Notes under the pieces: model-generated
Told to the model about the DNA's origin: nothing
Databases searched by the model: none
What the model saw: only the letters and a program-made list of their open reading frames with translations
Position numbers and translations under genes: made by a program
Assembly: GCA_002269645.1 (NCBI GenBank)
Contig: NIVC01001666.1
Location: forward strand, 124,001-188,000
DNA from: Macrostomum lignano
Lineage: Eukaryota
Direction of reading: 5' to 3'
Length of the DNA: 64,000 nucleotides
Shown: positions 9,346 through 19,959 of the stretch, piece by piece
How the letters are laid out: each line of letters begins with the position of its first letter
Position numbering within the stretch: the first letter of the stretch is position 1

Positions 9346-10923
9346 ATGAGCTCCAGTAGTAGATGCAGTCGATCGCTTGCGACAGCGGAGTCAGCACCAA
9401 GGGAAGGCGCATCAGCGCCGGGCAAAGGCACTTCAGCGCCGGGCAAAGGCACTTCAGCGCCAAGCAAAGGCGTATCGCGTTTCTGGATTGTGGAGTACGC
9501 CGAGGGGGATGGCGGGCAGCTTGGAGTTTACTCTGAGAAGTGCATCCTTCCGGACTCAAGCAGAGACAGTAGCCGGGTACTGTCAGTGGACGACTTCGTC
9601 ACTCTTCGGCCAGGAAAGCCTGGCAGCAAGGTGTACTGTGTTCGACTCCTCAAGGGCCCATATAAAACTAAGCTGGCCGCCGAGTCCCATGTGAACTCAT
9701 GTTTGCCAGCACAAAACACGGGCATTACGCTGCCGAACGGGTGTGCCTCTTGTACTTCACTTCGCCAGGAATTGGCGTCGCTGCGCGCCATTGTGGACAA
9801 CCTGCAGTCCAGCAGTGACGAAGAGCGTGAGAGCCGACGCCGGCAAATAGACTCTCTGGAGAGCCAGCTAGAGGACGCTCAGCTAGAGTCCCAGGGTTAT
9901 AAGGAGAAGATGGAATTAGCAGAACGCAAAAATGCGGAACTCACCAAAGAACTCTCACGTTTGCTTAACTCAACTGAATCAGGACCTGAAAACGGAACCC
10001 AACCAACTGCTACTGTTTCCGGTGCCGACACTGCTTCGCAGAGGTACGCCGCAGACCTGCAAGAGGCGGTCTTTGCTGCTATTGAGCTGCTGCAGAATGC
10101 AGTAGTTGTCCAAGAGGGGAACGCAGGCGCAGCAGCAGCAGCTTCTACAGACTTTTTGCGCATCCGCCTGTCCGACATACCAGGTCTACCAGCTTCAAGC
10201 GCCAATCGGCGGACAATCAACGCACTGGACTGTCACGAGGCTATGCCATTATCGGCGGAGGACGACGCAAACTTGGATGCCAGCGCTGAAGCTGCGTCGG
10301 CGCTGCGACTTCAGCAAGAGGCTGCTGCCGCCAAAGGGGCGTATTATTTTAAGCGCCCGGAGTCCAGGCGTCACCGTCAGCGAAGACAACTATGCGTCTA
10401 TTCGACAAATATCCCGGAAATACTTGGGGGTGGCCTGAAAGTTTCGCATGCCAAGGAACTGCTTCGCACCCTGTATAAAGCTGTCTTCAGCACGGAGGAG
10501 CTGTTAACTTGCTCCTACACGGAACGCAAAACCAAACGCCTCGCCGATAAGGCGAAGGCGGCTGTGCCGTCCGATAAGAAGAGAGCAATTGAAGGCTTCG
10601 TGAAGCGACTCAAGCTGCCTGTCAAAATCCCACAGGCAACCTGGTCGACGGTATTCAAAGGCACCGCCTACAGCGCGAAGCGCAAGCACGGCACTGATAA
10701 AGAATCAAATAAAGATGCAGGCAGCCAGCAGCGCAAGAAGAGGAAACGGGCTGCTGGTGCCGGTGCTGCCCCGACTTCTGCCGCTGCCCCGAGTTCTGCC
10801 GCTGCATCGAGTTCTGCCGCTGCCTCAAGTTCTGCAAACAGCGACGAGTCTGCCAGCGGGGATGTCGAGAAAGCAACGAGCAACGAGCCCGTTGCAACCT
10901 CAATTGAGCTTGCCGTCCATTGA
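9346..10923 (+). CDS. Transposon ORF4: N-terminal beta-rich domain + coiled coil + BEN-domain-like region + basic NLS-like tail
   Basis: 525-aa ATG ORF. AKELLRTLYKAVFSTEELLTCSYT...KAAVPSDKKRAIEGFVKRL...W...AKRK (~10440-10690) follows the BEN pattern (RxLxxxxFxxEEL..S...K..AI). Recognised by eye, not by HMM. Confidence 0.7.
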   Translation: MSSSSRCSRSLATAESAPREGASAPGKGTSAPGKGTSAPSKGVSRFWIVEYAEGDGGQLGVYSEKCILPDSSRDSSRVLSVDDFVTLRPGKPGSKVYCVRLLKGPYKTKLAAESHVNSCLPAQNTGITLPNGCASCTSLRQELASLRAIVDNLQSSSDEERESRRRQIDSLESQLEDAQLESQGYKEKMELAERKNAELTKELSRLLNSTESGPENGTQPTATVSGADTASQRYAADLQEAVFAAIELLQNAVVVQEGNAGAAAAASTDFLRIRLSDIPGLPASSANRRTINALDCHEAMPLSAEDDANLDASAEAASALRLQQEAAAAKGAYYFKRPESRRHRQRRQLCVYSTNIPEILGGGLKVSHAKELLRTLYKAVFSTEELLTCSYTERKTKRLADKAKAAVPSDKKRAIEGFVKRLKLPVKIPQATWSTVFKGTAYSAKRKHGTDKESNKDAGSQQRKKRKRAAGAGAAPTSAAAPSSAAASSSAAASSSANSDESASGDVEKATSNEPVATSIELAVH

Positions 10924-10937
10924 TCACAGTAGCCGCG

Positions 10938-11880
10938 ATTGCTCATTTTATCGAGGCCAAACGGCGCTAATTGCAGTACAATTGCTCATTTTATCGAGGC
11001 CAAACGGCGCTAATTGCAGTACAATTGCTCATTTTATCGAGGCCAAACGGCGCTAATTGCAGTACAATTGCTCATTTTATCGAGGCCAAACGGCGCTAAT
11101 TGCAGTACAATTGCTCATTTTATCGAGGCCAAACGGCGCTAATTGCAGTACAATTGCTCATTTTATCGAGGCCAAACGGCGCTAATTGCAGTACAATTGC
11201 TCATTTTATTGAGGCCAAACGGCGCTAATTTTTGCAGTACGACTGCTCATTTTATTGAGGCCAAACGGCGCTAATTGCAGTACGACTGCTCATTTTATTG
11301 AGGCCAAACGGCGCTAATTGCAGTACAACTGCTCATTTTATTGAGGCCAAACGACGCTAATTGCAGTACGACTGCTCATTTTATTGAGGCCAAACGACGC
11401 TAATTGCAGTACGACTGCTCATTTTATTGAGGCCAAACGGCGCTAATTGCAGTACGACTGCTCATTTTATTGAGGCCAAACGACGCTAATTGCAGTACGA
11501 CTGCTCATTTTATTGAGGCCAAACGACGCTAATTGCAGTACGACTGCTCATTTTATTGAGGCCAAACGGCGCTAATTGCAGTACGACTGCTCATTTTATT
11601 GAGGCCAAACGGCGCTAATTGCAGTACAATTGCTCATTTTATTGAGGCCAAACGGCGCTAATTGCAGTACGACTGCTCATTTTATTGAGGCCAAACGGCG
11701 CTAATTGCAGTACAATTGCTCATTTTATTGAGGCCAAACGACGCTAATTGCAGTACGACTGCTCATTTTATTGAGGCCAAACGGCGCTAATTGCAGTACA
11801 ATTGCTCATTTTATTGAGGCCAAACGGCGCTAATTGCAGTACGACTGCTCATTTTATTGAGGCCAAACGACGCTAATTGC
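10938..11880. repeat. 43-bp tandem array, 22 copies, starting ~15 bp after the ORF4 stop
   Basis: Unit TGCTCATTTTAT(C/T)GAGGCCAAACG(G/A)CGCTAATTGCAGTAC(AAT/GAC); period measured from 10941, 10984, 11027. Confidence 0.95.
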
Positions 11881-12669
11881 AGCAGTACGATCGCTCTTTC
11901 TTCGCCACGCATCGTGATTCATATATATGTATATGAATATATATTATGATATATTCTTATACCTGATATATTCTTATTCACAATATATATATATATATTG
12001 AGGCGGAAGGCCTTTTAGTTCAATAGATGGAATGGCAGCGAAGAGTTTGTGCTGCTTTGCGCGTGTATTTATATATTTACAAACAACGCCAGATTGAGGG
12101 GCCAAGTCAAGGGAGGTGCGAAACAGGTGGCGTGGCGTGATTGGCTACGCCAACCCCCTGGCTTAGCGAGCCGGCTAGCGCGGTACGCAACCACCCCACC
12201 TCAGCTAGACAGAGGTTGGGGGTTTTCCAGTGCGGCTGCACTGGTGCTGCCGGTCGCGTACAGTCTGGCCGCCCCAATATATATATATATATATGAATCA
12301 CAATATGTTCCTTTCTCTTCATTTATTGCCTGCGTACATTTAAAAACCTCCTATACCTTCCTAATTTACATACATACATACATACATAGCATTTTTAACA
12401 GTAGCTTGGGCGGTTTTGCTCAGCTCTATCGACTAAATAGTCATATCAGTTTGACTTCGCGTTCTCGACCCTTCCTGCTTTTAACCTTCGCGGTATATTC
12501 ACGTGTCCTGTGAACGGTCACTGTCACACTCTCTGGTCACAGTACTTCGACGTGAGTGTCACATGACATTCACAACTAACGGTCAAACTGAATGATCACG
12601 ACTGTCAAGGGGACAGTCACCGTTTATGGTCAAATGTTGCTCATAGTGTCGTCACACAACCACAGCTAT

Positions 12670-13285
12670 GCGGCAGTTACAGTTGACGGTTACGGTATGC
12701 TGACAGGTGACGGTCACAATATACGGTTACACTTGACGGTCACGGTATGGTCACGGGTGACGGTCACAATATACGGTTACAGTTGACGGTCACGGTATGG
12801 TCACGGGTGACGGTCACAATATACGGTTACAGTTGACGGTCACGGTATGGTCACGGGTGACGGTCACAATATACAGTTACAGTTGACGGTTACGGTATGC
12901 TGACAGGTGACGGTCACAATATACGGTTACACTTGACGGTCACGGTATGGTCACGGGTGACGGTCACAATATACGGTTACAGTTGACGGTCACGGTATGG
13001 TAACGGGTGACGGTCACAATATACGGTTACACTTGACGGTCACGGTATGGTCACGGGTGACGGTCACAATATACGGTTACACTTGACGGTCACGGTATGG
13101 TCACGGGTGACGGTCACAATATACGGTTACACTTGACGGTCACGGTATGGTCACGGGTGACGGTCACAATATACGGTTACAGTTGACGGTCACGGTATGG
13201 TGACAGGTGACGGTCACAATATACGGTTACAGTTGACGTTGACGGTCACGGTATGGTGACAGGTGACGGTCACAATATACGGTCA
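12670..13285. repeat. Right subterminal 50-bp array (~12 copies) rich in GGTCAC/GGTTAC motifs
   Basis: Unit TGACGGTCACAATATACGGTTACAGTTGACGGTCACGGTATGGTCACGGG; period from 12721 to 12771. Confidence 0.9.
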
Positions 13286-13428
13286 CATTGCACGGTAACA
13301 CAAATTACTTACTTTCTTTTCATGTGACCATGGACGGTCACATTTCACGGTCAAGTGCGTCTCGGGGCACGGTCACCGGTTGACCTTCACGGTCACAAAG
13401 TACGGTCACCGCACAGTCGCACATCAAT

Positions 13429-13469
13429 GGTCACAAAAATTTTTGGTGACCGTCAATTTTCTATACGGG
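13429..13469 (-). repeat. Right TIR with GGTCAC-N11-GTGACC motif pair
   Basis: Ends ...AATTTTCTATACGGG, followed by the TSD TAT. Confidence 0.9.
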
Positions 13470-13640
13470 TATCGGATCTGAGAGTATGGGATCTGAGAGT
13501 ATCGGATCTGAGAGTATGGGATCTGAGAGTATCGGATCTGAGAGTATGGGATCTGAGAGAGTATAAGATCTGAGGACATGGGATCTGGTGTATATCTGGG
13601 GTACGGGTTCTGGGGACATGGGATCTGGTGACGTGGGATC
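13470..13640. repeat. 15-bp minisatellite, right half of the split array
   Basis: cggatctgagagtat / gggatctgagagtat units. Confidence 0.9.
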
Positions 13641-13679
13641 TGTAAGATGTGACACTGGCCATGCACAGACCACACTCAC

Positions 13680-14188
13680 CTAAACTGTTCCATAGACATA
13701 TATTTCCCAGCCGCATTTTTATCCACAGGAAAAGTCTGTTCGCGCAGACTTTTCCACACCACAGCATAGTACCGGCACATCATGGCGGCTCGCTCGGTTG
13801 CTGAACCGTCTCTAGCAGGCCAGTACTGATGGTGATAAGGCCCGACCCCGGCCATGTTGAGCAGAGGATGCAGTGCAGTCCTGTTCGTCAGATAGGCATA
13901 GTGCCTCCACCAGTCAGCCAGCCAGTTCCTCTGCTCAGCTGCCCTCTGCTCAAGCCGAGCCTGCAGTTCGCGGCCGATGCCCAATTCGAACTGGCGAGCC
14001 AAGTCTCTGGTGGCGGCAAACTCCGAGTCCGTTAGGAAAGGTCGCGTGGATGACAAATAAAGGTCAAGAGTGTCAGACAGCTTTGGCACTGGATAAGAGG
14101 GCAGACTGTCCTCTAGCGAGAATGTAGGCACACCGGATGACCTGGTGAGGTCGGGGAATGCTTCAGTTTTATATAGATCCAGCTCCAT
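13680..14188 (-). CDS. CROT: CROT-like first coding exon
   Basis: MELDL...TFSLEDSLPSYPVPKLSDTLDLYL...NWLADWW..YAYL matches the family N-terminus (LPxLPVPxL..T...YL; NWLxxWW). Donor AG/GTGAGT at 13679 is phase 2 and joins QFR/RYFSSC. Confidence 0.9.
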
Positions 14189-16807
14189 TGCGTCTGAGTT
14201 CAGCAAGCCGAAATTTAAACAGAGGATACATATAGTGCAAAGTGCTATATTTGGTTTGAATCTTTCCTTGGGATTTGAATCTATACTTGGGATATAATGA
14301 GTTGTTACAAATGAAAAAAAGATGAAAAAAGGTAATGGGGACAGGGTAATGCCAAAAATGGCAGATGAAACTAATAGCTAAAACAATAGACAATAAAAGC
14401 CAACACAGGCAATACAAGTACAGATAAAGTAGCAAGTACATAATTATTGTGTAAAGTACATAATAAAACCAAGCAATATTACAAATAACATTTATAGCAT
14501 AGAACTAAAGATAACGACAAAATCAATTAGCTACTTGGCTTATTATATACCTTACTATGATTGATTAACTTTATCCCTAAACTAATATAAATATAATTTC
14601 TTTAGCAAAATTGGTTGTTTTTAGTACATGATTTAAAAAAACTCAAATAATTAATCTTTAACACAATGCATGTTTCTACTAGTTTATATGAACATACTAA
14701 TGAAGATACTTTAGTGCTAGATATTTTGGTACAAGATGGTTTTATATCAAGTCCCTTTAATTCATGTATACTATAATATATATTATAATCTGCTAGTGAA
14801 TAATGGCATATTAATATAATTCATTAAAAGAAGAATTATCTACAAACCCTTTTTTCTATATTCTACAATCTTTTGTTGAATTCCAAAAATATAGTGGGTA
14901 CCTCTAAATTTGTTATAGTAGTGTTTTCTAAAACCAGTGTTGGGTACTAGTCCATTAATAAGCATTAATCTTAATGAGCATTAACAGACTAAGATTAAGA
15001 ATTAAGAATTTTTGCACTAACAGTTTGACAAAAATGGGCATTAATCATTTTGTGAGTTAGGAACAAATTTATGGCTAATGTCAATGACCAAAGATGCAAA
15101 AAAACAAAAACTCTGATATGTTGGATATGTCAGACATTTTAGAGGTGTCTAACAGTCTGAAAATAAGTTAAATCATTATGAATATGTTAAAATTTATCTA
15201 AGTGCCTAATTAATCTCTTTATTTATGATTTATTTATAAACTTTATTGAATTAAAATTGTGAATTTTTTGCTTGCACATGAGCATTGCTTTGATCTACAC
15301 TTCTTTCCCAATTTTTGTAACTCTGCTGTACCTGCTAATACTATTGAAACAACATTTCTATTTATATTTATTAACTACAGATACTAAAATAGCTAGATGG
15401 GCCACTCAGCAAATTTGCATTTAAGCTACTTTCAGTTCAGTAGCAAATTAAACTGAAGCATTTTAATGCATTTTAAAGCCAAGGCTCATTTTATTGGCTC
15501 TTACCTCCCAGCCTTACCTTACCTTCTTATTGCCTTTTTTGGAATCTATATAACTAAACTTGACTATGTACCATTCTAGCCTAAAGCGGCCATGTACATT
15601 TCAATGGACTAGCTAATGTACATTATTGCTAAACCAATTAGCAAGTTGTTTACACTTATAAGCTTAGGCTTCTGAACATATCAAAGTCATTTTAGCTGCT
15701 TTTATTTTTTTATATGTCCTATTTCTATTTGACTAGCCAATAAAAAATCCTGGCCAATAATCCAGGGGTGAGATTTTGGAACTGGCAATCTAGGGGTGAG
15801 ATTTCAGAGCTGGAAATCTTGTAGTGAGATTTCAAAGCAGACAATTTATACATGCAACATGACATTCAGTTTGTCCTTTGCCAATTTGCATAAGCTGCAT
15901 CTGTCTTTTCTACAACAATCCACTGTGTGCTTTTTCTGTCTTAATAATCACCCACCACTACTAGCATGCAAAGTAGAAAAGACCTTACTTGGATCTACTA
16001 ATATAATTGGTTATTGTTGGACTCTGACTGACTCTGATCTTTTTTGGACTGTGGGCTCTGGGGTTGGTGCTTGGGGTGGGTTATTTGTCTGGTGAGGGTT
16101 TGCGTACTTTGTGTATATCGTTGCTCTTTCACTATTCCCTCGTGCATGCCTTATCTCTGTCACCCACCCCAATGCTATGCTGCGATGCTTATTAATGTGT
16201 TTTCTGATCTTAGGTTGACTTCAATAAACTTTTGTCACAACTGAGAGCTAAAGCTATTGACTTTCAGTTATATTGGTATGCATTTTGGTTATATCTTTTT
16301 TTCAAGTTTATTCTCAGAAATGATTTGCCTTCCATTCTTTGTTTTTTTCTTTTAATAACTGTGTGCAACTTAAAAAGGTACACATACCAATAGACAGGTA
16401 GCTCACCCAATGATGGACAATTAGCTCATCACTAATGGACAGGTAGATCATCCACTGATGGACAGGTAGCTCACCCACTGATAGACAGGTAGCTCACCCA
16501 CTAATGGACAGGTAGCACACATGAATTCTCTTGTAAAACTTACTGTCTAAAAACTTACAACTACTCAAATTCACAGTATAGTTTTTATTTTTATATTTAA
16601 TACAAGTTCTCTACTGAAAGTGAGGCACTGGAGCCCCAATCTGGCAGTTAAATAATAAATAATAAACAGCATATTAAAAAACTCTCATTCAATGATTTGT
16701 CTAGTAGGGAAAAAACAAAAAATCTATTGATGAGCTCTTTGGTTTATTCTATAGTTTTATATATTTTGATAAGCACAAGTATATGCTAAGTAAATATTGA
16801 TAGGAAG

Positions 16808-17082
16808 CATACATGCGCAACCCCCCTGATTTACACTGGCCATGCGACTTACTTTTTGACCAAAAATGCGACTTACCTTTGAAAGAAACCCTAAAGCAAA
16901 ATAAACGCTTATTTGGGTAAACGGCAGGAGTAACCATGACTGTCTTATCAGGCCTAAATGCCTCAGCATCTAATTAGTACTACGTCCGTATTTTTTGGGG
17001 TGCATTTTTGCGACTTACCCCTGGTCCACCACAATTTACGGTGGCCAGATCGGCCAGGTCGGCCAGCAGTTGCGCATGTATG
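16808..17082. mobile_element. 275-bp hAT-like MITE
   Basis: Perfect 14-bp TIR CATACATGCGCAAC; 8-bp TSD ATAGGAAG at 16800-16807 and 17083-17090. Confidence 0.85.
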
Positions 17083-17160
17083 ATAGGAAGAATCACAATA
17101 TACTAAATATCTTATCTTATAGGCCAAAGACAAGAGAGGAGAGCAGACAGGAGAGCAGAC

Positions 17161-17552
17161 CTAGGTTTTTTTTGTCCGAAATCCAGTTGCCAGCTCAAAA
17201 TCTAGTTGCCAATTGCTATCCTCAGTTGCCAACTGGCAACTGACCTATTTCAGTGTCCCAGTGCCTATGCATAGCAAAAATCATACACAAATCACAATAC
17301 GATAAAACAAATTTATAAAGTTGTTTTTGCAACAATTTTCACACATTGATGAAAAAATAATATGCTCGAATCAGCTCAGGCTTCAGGTTTTCAGCCAAGC
17401 CAAATTTAGCAGTAATAAAATGTGACAGACTGTTTTATCATTGGCAACTGCCTTTTCAAGTTGGTTGCCAGATTGGCCTCTGATGCCACAAATCCAGTTG
17501 CCAATGGCTTTTTTGGGTAGCCGGTGGCTACTGTATGGCCTAAAAAACCTAG
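17161..17552. mobile_element. 392-bp MITE with CTAGG termini and 8-bp TSD
   Basis: TIR CTAGGTTTTTT / AAAAAACCTAG; TSD GAGCAGAC at 17153-17160 and 17553-17560; internal CAGTTGCC/GGCAACTG motifs. Confidence 0.75.
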
Positions 17553-18239
17553 GAGCAGACAGGAGAGCAGAGAGGAGAGCAGAGACAGATATAGATAAGA
17601 GAGAAGGGAGAAGGGGGATATGAAAGAAGAAGAGAGGGAAAGAAGAGAAAGGAGAAAGGGAAGAGAAAAGAGGAGAAAGGAGAGAGTACAGAGAAGAGAG
17701 ATGAGTGATGAGAGAGCAGAAAGCAAGGAGATGAGAAGAGAGAAAAAATGAGAGAGGAGAAAGTAAAGAGAAGATAAGACAAGAGAAGAATATATAATAT
17801 AAATATAAAACAAAGTAGGCCTATTGATTATAGTTACAGTAAAAACTAGGTCTATCTAAAATCATAACCTAGGCTATATTGTTAAATATAAAAAAATAAG
17901 TTAGGCCTAGGCCTAACTTAAGCTTATGGCATTATGCTTTTAATTTTATGCTGACCCTAGTAGGCCTAAATATTAATATTGAAATTATTTATCTAAGCAA
18001 GAAAATATCCTCATATTAGGCTTTCTTGAACTTTGTCTTTAGAAAATTGGATGCACATATACTTTATAAAGTTTATGCACCTATCTGGCTATCTAAACTT
18101 TGAAAACTTTTTCCAGACACTCAGGGGGTGTTGCTGCTGTTGCAACTGTGACTCATGTCAAAAATGATAAATCATAGCACATAGATTTTTCATGGAATAT
18201 TATCATAATGGCCCAAAGCTAGGCCTATGGACATATCCT

Positions 18240-19529
18240 CAGTGTTGGGCAAGTTACTCAAAAAAAGTAACTTGCGTTACTGTAACTTAAGTTACCACTT
18301 TTTAAAAAGTAACTTACGTTAGCCTAGTAACTTTGAACAAAAACCCGGTAACTTTTAAGTTACTTCCGTTACTTACTTCCGTTACCTATGTTATTAACAA
18401 AATTTTCTGCTTTTTTAACATTGCAAATGTGATGGAACAGCACAAATGATCGCGAAAGCCAGGAGGAAGAGTACAACAACATTAATTTCAGTAACTGTAT
18501 TAAATTTTAATCACTTTAGGCCCTTTCCGTAAAAAGAAGAGAAGCTGAAGGTCAGAAACGTTAAAGGCAAAACGCAATTTAATTTTTAATAACATTATAA
18601 GTTATAATACACAAGGACAACTTAACGTAACTTCAGTTGTCCTTGATAATACATCACTCGTAATAAGTACCTGGCTTTATACTCCACTCTACAGTCTGCT
18701 TTACTAGTCTTTTTATTTATTTTCAATTATTATCATTAATATTAAATTATTGTGCAGTGCAGTGCAGTGCCAGTGGACTTTAGTGGTGTAGCCAGGGAGG
18801 CCGCCTTAACAATCGTTGGGGCGGCAACTTCACCCCACCTGCAAGACACCCCACCTGGGGGGGTGGGGTTGGGCGTGGCGGGTACCAAAAACCATGAGGC
18901 GATTGAGTGCCTGCGGCGCTTAAATGAGTGCCTGCGGCGCTTAAATGAGTGCCTGCGGCGCTTAAATGAGTGCTTGCGGCGCTAAAATGAGTGCCTGCGG
19001 CGCTAAAAGTGGCAATGGCATGAGGCATGGCCAGCCAGGCCAACCCGCCCCCCCCCCCCCAATTAAAATTCCTGCATGGCTACGTCGATCACTGAGTGGA
19101 TTTGTGGAGACTACAGATGAATTTCTTTCTTTGGTTGTTTGTTTCTAAGAACTAAACAAAATATTTTTATTAACTTAAAAACGAAAAGCAAAAATATTTT
19201 ACCGAAAATAACAAAGTAAAAACATGTTTCAAGTATTTCTTTATTAATTACAGCGTAATACCGTATGATATTATATTATTCACTTAGTTTTGAATTTAGG
19301 AATGAAAAATGCTAAAAATGTGACAACTGGCGTAATAGCTAAGCATATCAGTTTTAAATTTAAATATTGCGATTGTTGCAAAGTAACTGTAACGGACTTC
19401 CGAAATTTGAGTAACTTACCGTTACTCCGTTACCAAAATAGGAAAGTAACTTGCGTAAGGAACGCTTTACGAAAAAGTAACTTGCGTTACCATTTACAAG
19501 TTACTCGGTAACGGAAGTGCCCAACACTG
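18240..19529. mobile_element. 1.29-kb non-autonomous hAT element
   Basis: TIR CAGTGTTGGGCA; 8-bp TSD CATATCCT at 18232-18239 and 19530-19537; dense subterminal GTAAC/GTTAC motifs at both ends. Confidence 0.9.
18781..19094. mobile_element. Probable decayed MITE nested in the hAT element, with five 21-bp internal repeats
   Basis: Imperfect ends TAGTGGTGTAGCC ... GGCTACGTCGATCACTG; near-TSD agtgga(c)tt / agtggatt; GC-rich island in AT-rich host element. Confidence 0.4.
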
Positions 19530-19959
19530 CATATCCTGATGTCCATCATCCATGATTGACTATATGCTGGACTGCTGGTTAAGTTAAGACTGACTGAGCA
19601 CTAAAGCCACTAACACTAGGCCTAGGCCTAGTAGAACTGAGTCAAAAAGCAAACAAAAACAAAAACACAAAAACACAAAGGCGAACAAAAAACTACGCAA
19701 GATTAACAGCTGAGCTACAGCCTATATAAGCTAACTAAAAAATAATAAAATTATACTCGATTCCTCGAAAGAGTTACAATGTATAGAAGGTTTCGTGCTG
19801 TATAGCTGTAAGCTGTATAGAAACTGTATCGTGCTTTTCAGCAGAAATTTCGTTTCTAGGAAAGCTTGCTGGCACATGCAGATGATTGATTTCATGCGAA
19901 AATGTTATCTTATTAATTATCGTTAATTAATTAATTAATTTACTCTCGTTAGTTAATAA

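Larger units (their letters stand above)
2820..13469 (+). mobile_element. Full-length 10,650-bp CACTA/EnSpm-like (CMC) DNA transposon with multiple cargo ORFs, antisense in CROT intron 1
   Basis: Left end TCCGTATAGAAAATTTATGGTCAC versus reverse complement of the right end CCCGTATAGAAAATTGACGGTCAC (21/24 identical). TAT is duplicated at 2817-2819 and 13470-13472, and removing the element restores the minisatellite unit gagagTATcggatct. Internal EnSpm-type transposase; subterminal GGTCAC repeats. Confidence 0.9.

Noticed and set aside
10938-11880. CRISPR-like appearance of regular arrays (also 24621-25529 and 52746-54565)
   Set aside because: Units are contiguous with no unique spacers, there are no cas genes, and the context is eukaryotic
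12670-13285. GGTCA motifs as nuclear-receptor response elements
   Set aside because: Half-sites are CGGTCA/TGGTCA rather than RGGTCA and are adequately explained as transposon subterminal repeats
14935-15060. Second CAGTGTTGGG hAT-like end that might pair with the TIR at 19520-19529
   Set aside because: Its 8-bp flank (TCTAAAAC) does not match CATATCCT and no own right end was found; at most a truncated relic
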